NCBI RefSeq assembly: GCF_009914755.1
Contig: NC_060928.1
Direction: 5' to 3' (one strand)
From: the human T2T-CHM13v2.0 reference genome, Homo sapiens
Length of the DNA stretch: 64,000 nt
The position numbers were made by a program, and so were the translations under genes. The first letter of the stretch is position 1. Each line of letters begins with the position of its first letter. Positions 54,248-64,000 of this stretch are shown here, piece after piece. The notes under the pieces are model-generated. The model saw nothing but the letters and a program-made list of their open reading frames with translations. It was not told the DNA's origin and did no database searches.

Positions 54248-55240
54248 GGTGGTCCTGACCTTTGATAAATCTCATTATTGATTGATACCAACCTGGGCTA
54301 TCTTTATTGCCCAAACCAACAGGATAATTTGCTGAGGTTGTGGAGCTTCTCCCCTGCAAAGAGTCCCTGATCTCCCAAAATCTGGTTGAGATCTAAGTTT
54401 GATTTTTCTGTACAACTCCTTTTCTGAAGTTTTACTCATTTCCAACAAGGAAGGCAAGTTTTCCTGCTTCTGTGGTGATGGAGAGCAGGCACCTCCTTTC
54501 CTGAGTTTCAGCTTGCTTCTGACAGGGAAGGTGAGTGTAAGTTGTTTCCAGCTTCTAACATGGCAGAGAACGATCACCAGCCTGAGCCTTGTTTCCAGGT
54601 AAGTAGCTGAATTAGAGTTTTGTCTTAAAATTTTTCCTTAATGACTAAAATTTAAGATTACTCACCAGCTGCTTTTAATTTCTGCTTTTAGTTTCTCCTT
54701 ACCATTAGAACACTCAGTAATCATATGAATTGTGCATTTGTTGTTTTGCTTAACTCTTTTTGTTTGTTTATGCTTGGGGCTTTATTGTTGTTGTTTCACT
54801 TTTCTCCCTTCTCTTCCTGACTTGGTCAAATCCAAAGGAATTTTCCAAATTGTGGGGAGCAAGCCCTCTGAATTGGCTAAAACTCCTATGGCTGCAAACA
54901 AACAAACAAACAAATAAACAACAACAAAAAACATTCCAGTTAGCAGAAATTATTTTTTAAAACTTTTTTTTTTTTACATAAGTGGTCTCATCTACATAAC
55001 AAGGCCACCCTTTTGCTAGTCAAGGCTAAACTGAAGGAGTAGTGGTGGTGACCCAATGTGAAGATTGTGCCCTGTTCACTACAGAAACCTGAGTTTGGTT
55101 CCTAAGTCTAGTTCTTCCTGTTTGATATTTGTGTTACTTTTAAAGCGTCAGCAGTTTGTCCCAGCTATGATGTGGTAATAAAAGATTCAAAAGGATTTTC
55201 TTCACAAGTTCTATGATTAAAAGCTTAATTAAAAGCAAAT
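54248..55240. mobile_element. Probable ERV1-class internal fragment
   Basis: GAGTCCCTGATCTCCCAAAATCTGGTTGAGATCTAAG...CCAACAAGGAAGGCAAGTTTTCCTGCTTC resembles recalled ERV1 internal leader sequence. The family is not resolved. Confidence 0.45.
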
Positions 55241-55242
55241 TT

Positions 55243-56848
55243 CTTTTTTTTTTAATTGTACTTTAAGTTCTGGGGTACATGTGCAGAACATGCAGGTTAC
55301 ATAGGTATACACATGCCATGGTGGCTTGCTGCATCCATCAACCCATGATCTACATTAGTTATTTCTCCTAATGCCATCCCTCTCCTAGCCCCCCACCCTG
55401 ACAGGCCCTAGTGTGTGATGTTCCCCTTCCTGTGTCCATGTGTTCCCATTGTTCAACTCCCAGTTATGAATGAGAACATGTGGTGTTTGGTTTTCTGTTC
55501 TTCTGTTAGTTAGCTGAAAATGATGGTTTCCAGCTTCGTTCATGTCCCAGCAAATGACGTGAATTCATCCCTTTTTATGGCTGCATAGTATTTCGTGGTG
55601 TATATATGCCACATTTTCTTTATCCAGTCTATCATTGGTGGGCATTTGGGTTGGTTCCAAGTCTTTGCTGTTGTGAACAGTGCCACAATAAACAGACAGG
55701 TGCATGTGTCTTTATATTAGTATGATTTATAATTTTAGGGGTATATACCCAGTAATGGGATTGCTGGGTCAAATGATATTTCTGGTTGCAGATCCTTGAG
55801 GAATTGTCACACTGTCTTCCACAATGGTTGAAGTAATTTATATTCCCACCAACTGTGTAAAAGCTTTCCTATTTCTCCACATCCTCTCTAGCATCTGTCC
55901 TTTCCTGATTTTTTAACGATGACCATTCTAAGTGGTCTGAGATTGTATCTCATTGTGGTTTTGATTTCCATTTCTCTAATGACCAGTGATGATGTGCTTT
56001 GCTTCACATGTTCGTTGGCTGTATAAATGTCTTCTTTGGTAAGTGTCTGTTCATACCCTTTGCTCACTTTTTGATGGTTTTTTTTTCTTGTAAATTTGTT
56101 CTTTGTAGATTCTGCATATTAGCCCTTTGTCAGATGGATAGATTGCAACAATGTTCTCCCATTCTGTGGGTTGCCTGTTCACTCTGATAATAGTTTCTTT
56201 TGCGCTGCAGATACTCTTAAGTTTAGTTAGATCCCATTTGTAAATTTTGGTTTTTGTAGCCATTGCTTTTGGTGTTCTAGTGATGAAGACTCTTCCCATG
56301 GCTATGTCCTGAATGGTATTGCCTAACACAAGGACATTTCTGTGCCTGACTGCTATACCACCCAAAGTAATTTATAGACTCATTGCTGTCCCCATCAAGT
56401 TACCATTACTTTCTTCACAGAATTAGAAAAACTACTTTAAATTTCATATGGAACCAAAAAAGAGCCCACATAGCCAAGACAATCCTAAGCAAAAACAGCA
56501 AAGCTAGAGGCATCACAGTACCTGACTTCAAATTATTCTACAAGGCTACAGTAACCAAAACAGCATGGGGCTGGTAACAAATCAGATCTATAGACCAATG
56601 GAACAGAACAGAGCCCTCAGAAATGACACCACACATCTAAAAGCATCTGATCTTTGACAAACCTGACAAAAACAAGCAATGGGAAAGGATACCCTATTTA
56701 ATAAATGGTGTTGGGAAAACTGGCTAGCCAAATGCAGAAAACTGAAACTGGGCCACAACCACACACCTTAAACAAAAATTAAGTAAGATGGATGAAAGAG
56801 TTAGAAGTAAGACCTAAAACCATAAAAAATCTAGAAGAAAACCTAGGC
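55243..56848 (-). mobile_element. L1PA with twin-priming 5' inversion
   Basis: The minus segment 55243-56325 runs from the T tail to TAGGCAATACCATTC. The plus segment at about 56345-56848 ends GAAAACCTAGGC. These are adjacent L1 coordinates sharing TAGGC. Confidence 0.88.
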
Positions 56849-59535
56849 CACCAACCTCAGGGGAAATGACCTGTAGTGAAATGCATGGTACAAACAAGCA
56901 TTCCCTGCTTCCTTGAGTGGGCGACGTTGATGGCTAGTCCAATCACTTCAGGCACACCCTTGCAAACGCGGCTGGTTGCTTTTTGAGCCAGCTTGGCCTT
57001 GCCCGGCATACACAAGCCTCAATGCAACAACTTTGCTAAAAATGGAGCCACACAGAGGAAATGAGCAGCAAGCTCAGAAGCAGGGTGTGCACTGCCTTTG
57101 GGGCTCCAGTCCATGCCTCAGGGCTTGTATGGGACTGCAGGATTCTTGGTTGCCAAGAGGTAGACCATAGACCAGCCGAGGAGGACTTTATGTTCAAGGG
57201 CAGAAAGCAGCCAGGTTTACCACCCAGGGGACTCGGCCTTCTGTGGCCCCGGCCAGACTTAGAATTTGGCTCAAAGTAGGACCAGCTCACTCGGAGTAGT
57301 GTGTCAGTAGCTGGGGCCTGTACATGCTAGGCAAGGCTAAGCTGGCTCAAAGAGCAACCAGCCACCACTGCAAGGGTGCTCCTGGATGAGGTGGAGCAGC
57401 CAGCAACTTCAGCTACACAAGGAAGCAGGGATGGCCAGGTTCCCACAGCATGAGTGGCCACCGCCTGATGGCTGATCAAGCAGAGGCCTGAGGAAAAGCA
57501 GATGGCAGTTGGGCCCTACCTCTAGGGTAGAAGAACTGATGTACCCTGACCGGTAGTGAGTGAGGTTGGTGGTGGGTCCACCGTCTCCTGGCACACCCTT
57601 GCAGAGGAGGCTGTTTGCTCTTTAAGGCAGCTTGGCCTTGCCTGGCATGCATAGGCCCCAGGTACCGACACGCTGCTCCCAGTGAACTTGTTCTGCCTTG
57701 GACCAAATTCTAAGTGGCTTGGAGTTTGCCCAGCATGCCCAAGCCTCAGTGTAATAACTGTGCAACAAATGGAGCCACATAGCCGAAACGAGCAGCAGGC
57801 TCAGAAGCAGGGTGTGCCCTGCCTTTGGGGCTCCAGTCGATGCCTCAGGGCTCCTATGGCACTGCGGGTTTCTTGGTTGCCTAGCTGCAGACCACAGGCT
57901 GTCTTGAGGAGGACTTTATGTTCAAGTGCAGAAAGTAGTCAGGATTACCATCCAGGGGACTCTGCCTTCTGTGGTCCTCTCCAGACTTAGAATTTGGCCC
58001 AAGGCAGGACAAGCTGGCTCGGAGCAGAGTGTCAGTACCTGGGGCCTATGCATGCCAGGCAAGGCCAAGCTGGCTCAGAGCAACCAGCCACCTCTGCAAG
58101 GCTGTGCCTGTAGCAGGCGGACAAGCCAGCAACCTCACCCGCTCAAGGAAGCCCGGATGGCCAGGTTCCAACAGCATGAGTAGCTGCCACCTGATGCCTG
58201 ATGGAGCAGAGGCCTGAGGAAAAGCAGGTGGCATATTTAACTCTTTAATCCATCTTAAGTTAATTTTTGTATGAAGCAGATGGCACCAGTCCATGCCTCA
58301 GGGCTCATATGGCACTGCGGGCCACAGAAGGGCGAGTACCCAGGGTGGTAATCCTGCCTGCTTTCTGCACTTGAACATAAAGTCCTCTTCAAGACGGCCT
58401 GTGGTCTGCCTCTTGGCCCCACCTTTAGGGTAGAAGAACTGATGTACCACGTCTGGCAGTGAGTGAGGTTGGCGGCTGGACCATCTGCGCCTGGCACACC
58501 CTTGCAGAGGTGGCTGCTTGCTCTTTGAGCCAGCTTGGCCTTGCCTGGCATGCACAAGCCTCACTGCAACAAGTGTGCTACAAATGGAGCCATATAGAGG
58601 AAATGATCAGCAGGCTCAGGAACGGGGCGTGCACTGCCTTTGTGGCTCCAGTCCATGCCTCAGGGCTCATATGGCACTGTAGGCTTCTTGGTCGCCAAGA
58701 GGCAGAACACAGGCTGTCTTGAGGAGGACTTTATGTTCAAGTGCAGAAAGCAGCCAAGATTAGCACCCAAGGGACTGGGCCTTCTGTGGCCCTGGCCAGA
58801 TTTAGAATTTGACCCAAGGCAGGACAAGCTTACTCGGAGCAGAGTGTCAGTACCTGGGGCCTATGCATGTCAGACAAGGCCAAGCTGGCTCAGAGCAACT
58901 AGCCACCTCTACAAGGCTGTGCCTGTAGCAGGCAGACAAGCCAGCAACCTCAGCTACTCAAGGAAGGAGGGATGGCCATGTTCCCACAGCCTGTGTGGTT
59001 GCCGCCTATGACTGATAGAGCAGAGGCCTGAGGAAAAGCATATGGCACTGGGGCCCTACCTCTAGGGTAGAAGAACTGATGTAACCTTACCAGCAGCGAG
59101 TGACGTTGGTGGCCGGTCCACCGGCTCCTGGCACAACCTTGCAGAGGTGGCTGGTTACTTTTTGAGCCAGCTTGGCCTTGCCCGGCATGCTCAAGTCTGT
59201 GCAACAACTGTGACACAAATGGAGCCACACAGAGAAAATGAGCAGCAGACTCAGGAGCAGGGTGTGTGCTTCCTTGGGGGCTCCAGTCCATGCCTGAGGG
59301 TTCATATGGCACTGCGGGCTTCTTGGTTGCAAAGAGGTAGACCACAGGCCATCTTCAGGAGGTCTTTATGTGGAAGTGCAGAAAGCAGCCAGGATTACCA
59401 CCCGTGGGACTCGGCCTTTTGTGGCCCTGGCCTGACAGAATTTGGTCCAAAGCAGGACAAGCTCACTCGGAGCAACATGTCGGTACCTGGGGCCTGTGCA
59501 TGCCAGGCAAGGCCAAGCTGGCTCAAAGAGCACCC
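56849..59535. repeat. REP522-like palindromic tandem array, about 4 units of 635-815 bp
   Basis: The landmark AAATGGAGCCA occurs at about 57040, 57767, 58582 and 59217. Each unit carries inverted GCAAGGCCAAGCTGGCTCA arms. Confidence 0.8.
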
Positions 59536-59539
59536 AGAG

Positions 59540-60698
59540 CATCCATTCTGGTGGATGAGCCAACCACATGGCCAGCTTCTGGGTGTGGGCACAGTGCCAC
59601 ATCTTCCATCACTTTCTGATGTATCCCACCAGCACTGAAGAGACAGCCTGGAGAGAGTGCAAGAGGAAGGCTGAGAAGGATGAGATAGTGAGTGCCGGCT
59701 TCTTTCTGACCCTCAGTACAACCCCAGGTGGTGACCATCAACCTTTAGGGGTGGGAGAGCAAGACTGATGGCTTCAAATGCTTCCCCAAGAAGATGGACA
59801 CAGGCCACTCAGCTCAACCTCACAGCCAATGAGTTGACAAGCAAGCAGATGACAGTGACAGGCTTTTAGAAAGAGCATCAGAAGATGGCCAGTTTTTCTT
59901 CAGCCTCAGCCAGGCCTTGGAACTTGACTAGGCCATCCACTTCACCAGAGATGCCTTCAAGAACATCAGTAAGCTCCTTGCCAATCAGTCCAGGAAGGAC
60001 CTGGACCCAGCCAGGGACCTGTTAGTGCTGTCTCAGGGACACCAGACCAACATCCTGGACATCATCCTCATACACAAGGAAGCTCTTACCAAAGTCACGG
60101 AGAACAGGCAACATGTGGCAGAAGGGAAGACAGAGGTGCAGAGGCTGATGGTGTCATTATCACAGGAACAGGATTTCTTTGGCCACTTTGGCTGAAATTC
60201 ACCACTTCCATCCAATTCACTCGAGTGAGAGACTTGAAATCACAGATGGAGCATTTCTTGCAACAAGAGATACTATTTTTTCAAAAAGTCACCTAAAATT
60301 TGATAGTGTTGAATGACTAGCTATTCGATTGTGGACTTTTTCCAGTTCACGGGTACTTTCTACAGCAGAATGATAACAGTATCAAAGAGCTAGTGCCAGC
60401 TATCGGTGGTAGTACAAGGATGACTTTGTGCTCAACTGAAACCCAGCTGAATATAGAATTGTGTAGGAAAGGGTTAATATGGTGATAGAATAGAAAGAGT
60501 GGCAAATGAACTAAATCATACTATGAATGCCTACACTACCATTATAACTTTTTGAAGAATGATAATACCACTTACTTTATTGCCTTTTGAAGTAGGGATA
60601 TTTTAGTGGATATGCTATAGACCTGAAACCCTATAAAGAATCCCAAAGAAGTTGGCTGGATAAAGCCTGCTATGGATGTCTTTATACTCAAAGACTGA
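59540..60698 (+). pseudogene. SNX18P: SNX18 processed pseudogene copy B
   Basis: WWMSQPH / [50 protein letters not shown]; colinear with 31430-32540. Confidence 0.92.
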
Positions 60699-61854
60699 TG
60701 AGGCAATTCGAATATGTGTCCCCACCAAATCTCATGTTGAGTTATGCTTCCTAATGTTGGAGGTGGATCCTCGTATAAGGTGATTGAATCATGAAGGCGA
60801 ATTTCTCATGAGTGGTTCAGCACCATCCCCTTGGTACTGTCCTCACAATTATGAGTGAATTCTCGTGAGATCTGGCCACTGAAAACTCTATATCACTCCC
60901 TACTCTCCGTGATTTCCTCTTGCCATGTGAGACAATTCACTCTTTCATTACCTTGCACAATGATTGAAAGATTTCTGAGGCCCCCCAGAAGCAGAAGCAC
61001 TAAGCTGCCTGTCCACTCTGCAGAACCATGAGCCAATTAAACCTCTTTTTCAAAATAAATCTTACCAAAAATGGCAAATGAGGACTGCAGCATTGCTATA
61101 AAGATACCTGAAAATGTGGAAGCAACTTCGGAACTCGGTAATGGGTAGAGGTTGGAAGAGTTTGGAGGGCTCCAAAGAAGACAGATAGATGAGAGCATTT
61201 TTGGACCATCTTAGAGACTGGTTAAATGGCTGTGACAAGAATGCTGACAAAAACATGGACAGTGAAGGCCAGGCTGAGAGGGCCTCAGATAAAAATAAGA
61301 AGCTTTCTGGAAAATGTCTCCCTTTTGGATATGGAAAGCTTACAAAATGCCTGTACCATCATTGTACCTTAGACGCAGTGAACTTGCTTTTTATTTCAGA
61401 GACTCGTAGGCAAAAGAGAATGTAGCCTTGACCCAGATGAGACTTTGGACTTTGTAACTATGAGTTAATGCTGAAATGAGTTAAGACTTTGTGAGACTGC
61501 TGGCAGGGCATGACTGTATTTTGCAGTGTGAGAAGGACATGAGATTTGTGGGGTCAGGGACAGAATAATACGGTTTTTCTCTATGCCCCTTCCAAAACTC
61601 ATGTGAAAGTACACTCCCTAATGTTAGAGTCGGGGCCTAGGTGGAAAAAGCTTTAATCATAAAGGGGTGGGAGTGGATCCTTCACAAATGGCAAAGCAGC
61701 AAGCCGTTAATGCCATCCTCCTGATAGTGAGTGAGTTCTCATGAGATCTAGTAGTTTAAAAGGCTGTGGAACCTCTTTCCTCTCTCTGTCTTGTTCCAAC
61801 TTTTGCCATATGAAACTTGTCATTGCCCCTTGGATTTCCGGTGTGGTTAGGAGG
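60699..61854 (+). mobile_element. MSTA LTR, deleted internal segment and partial second LTR
   Basis: Colinear with 32541 to about 33540, then with about 47130-47243. Confidence 0.85.
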
Positions 61855-62725
61855 GGCCTGATCAGTGTGGGCCTGGTCAGTGGACCTAGGTCAGTGAGGA
61901 CTATTTAGTGGGATCGTGGTCAGCAGAGGTCTGCTTAGAGAGGGTCTCATTAGTGGGGTCTAGTAGTGGGGGTTTTGGTGAGTGGGGACCTATTGGCTGC
62001 CAGTTGTTTGGTGTCTGGTCAGTGCAAACCTGGGCTGTGGGGCTTGATCAGTGGAGACCTGGTCAGCTGGGGCTCAGTGCTGGTCTGGTCAGCATGGGCT
62101 GGGGCACTGGTGACCAGGTCAAGGGGTGCTATTCAGTGGAGGACTGGGCACATGGGACCTAGTCAGCAGACCCTGGTGGGTGTGTCCTCATCAGTGAGGC
62201 CCTTGTCAGTGGGACCTAATCCGTAGCGTCCTGGTCAGAGAGGACTTGGTCAGTGGTGACTTTTGTAGCACTGGTCTACAGGGTGACCTGGTCAGCAGGG
62301 ATCTCAGCATTTGGTGCTGGTTCAGTGGGGTCTACTCACTAGGGTCCCAGTCAGGGGCATCTGGTGACCTTAGGCCTGGTTATTAGGGGCCTGATCAGTG
62401 ACAACCTGTTCCCTGGAGGCCTGGTCAGTGGGGCCTCATCTTTGGGGCCAGGGAATGAGGTCATGATCAGTGGAACCTGATCAGTGAGGCCTTATCAATA
62501 ATCACCTAGTCAGTGAGGACTTGTCAGTAAGGACTTGGTCCGTGAGGCCTTGTCAGTGAGGCCTTGTCAGTAAGGTCCTGGTCAGTGGAGTCCTTGTCAT
62601 TGTGTGCCTGGCAGTGGGGGCCTTGTTAGTGGGGCCTGGTCATGAGGGTCTAATCAGTGAGGGTGCTGTCAGGGAGGACCTGATGTGCGTGGTCTGGTCA
62701 GCAGGGACCTGGTCAATGTGGGCTG
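61855..62725. repeat. GGGGCCTGGTCAGT minisatellite, block 3
   Basis: Seen directly. Confidence 0.85.
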
Positions 62726-63066
62726 CTGAGCACTGCTTGGATAAGCCAGGTGCAATGTGCATTATTGAAGGCCCTGTGGACAGCTGGGATAGCCCAGTGA
62801 TGCCCAAGGGCCTAGTCAAAAGTGGACAAAGCACGTGTTTGGATGGACTTGGGAGATCCTGCTCAGAGATTCTGACAGGACAAAGGTAAAGGAAAGACCA
62901 GAGTGGCTGGAGAGATGGTCACAGTCTATGGGCTGCACAGGATGGAGGGGGCCAGGGAACAGGCAGGGTGGGCAGTTGGGGTTCAGAGAGAGGCAGGTGC
63001 ATGCTGGGAGGTCAGACCCTGTGAGGGCTTTGGGGGCGTCAGGTTGGGTAGGCTCCAGGCACTCTC

Positions 63067-64000
63067 ACTCACATAGGATTCCAGAACACTGCTACAAGGC
63101 TCTGAGTGTTTGTCCCTCACATAGGATTCCAGAACACTGCTGCCATTGTCTGAATGTTTGTCCCCCACATAGGATTCCAGAACACTGCTGCGAGAGTCTG
63201 AATGTATGTCCCTCACATATGATTCTAGAACATTGATGCTAGGGTCTGTATGTTTGCCCTTAACATATGATTTCAAAACACTGCTCCTGGATTCTGAATG
63301 TTTGTCCTTCACATAGGAATACAGAATACTGCTGCTGGAGTCTGAATGTGTGTCACTCACATAGAATTCCAGAACACTGCTGCGAGGATCTGAATGTTTG
63401 ACCCTCACATGGGATTCCAGAACACTGCTGCTAGGGTCTAAATGTCTGTCCCTCACATAGGTTTCCAGCACAATGTTATGAGGTTCTGAATGTTTGTCCC
63501 TAACATAGGATTCCAGAGCACTCCTGCTGTGCTCTGAATGCTTCTCCCTCACATAGGATTCCAGAACACTGCTACGAGGGTCTGAATGCTTATCCCTCAT
63601 ATAGGATTCCAGAACACTCCTGCTGTGGTCTGAATGTTTGTTCCTCACATAAGATTCCAGAACACTCCTGCCATGGTCTGAATATTTGTCCCTCACATAG
63701 GATTCCAGAACATTCATGCTGGGGTCTCAATGTTTCCCTTAACATAGGATTTCAGAACACTGCTCTTGGGGTCTGAATGTTTGTCCCTCACACAGAATTC
63801 TGGAACACTGCTACAAGGGTCTGAATGTTTGTCCTTCACATACCATTCTAGAACACTGCTGCCGTGGTCTGAATATGTCCCTCACATAGGATTCCAGAAC
63901 ACTGCTACTAGGTTCTGAATGTTTTTCCCACACCTAGGATTCCAGAACACTTCTGCTGGTGTCTGAATGGTTGTCCCTCACATATGATTCCAGGACACTG
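63067..64000. repeat. CER (D22Z3-type) 48-bp satellite, running off the window end
   Basis: About 19 tandem copies of CCCTCACATAGGATTCCAGAACACTGCTGCTGGGGTCTGAATGTTTGT. Confidence 0.92.

Noticed and set aside
59306-59320. ATGGCACTGCGGGCT (MALRA), identical to the SNX18 N-terminal peptide
   Set aside because: It is only five codons, the following SH3 sequence is absent and it varies among units. It may instead be decayed 5'UTR, so it was not used as evidence.
62983-63717. 244-aa repetitive ORF (SVLESYVRDKHSD...)
   Set aside because: It is a translation of the 48-bp (16-codon) CER satellite, with no evidence of a gene.
63067-64000. CRISPR-like regular repeats
   Set aside because: The monomers are head-to-tail with no unique spacers, the context is primate, and there are no cas genes.

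Overview
Primate (human-like) pericentromeric/acrocentric-type segmental-duplication DNA with no intact protein-coding gene. Positions 1-28 kb hold the 3' half of a + strand, intron-containing ANKRD20A-family pseudogene with frameshifts, stops and a dead donor site. It continues into ANKRD18/ANKRD26-type downstream exons, and its introns are full of Alu, L1, L2 and LTR elements. Positions 28-64 kb are a mosaic: three blocks of a degenerate GGGGCCTGGTCAGT minisatellite, two SNX18 processed-pseudogene copies, a palindromic REP522-like repeat that is partly built from SNX18 sequence, a 14.7-kb tandem array (about 3.1-3.4-kb unit) made from MSTA LTR plus internal sequence, an ACTB 3'UTR retrocopy fused to a POTE/ANKRD26-type exon, rearranged L1s, and the start of a 48-bp CER satellite array. 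The most unusual signal is the high density of short, locally templated inverted duplications in unrelated sequence classes between 30 and 59.5 kb. Family assignments come from recalled protein and repeat consensus sequences, not from searches. Repeat boundaries are approximate.
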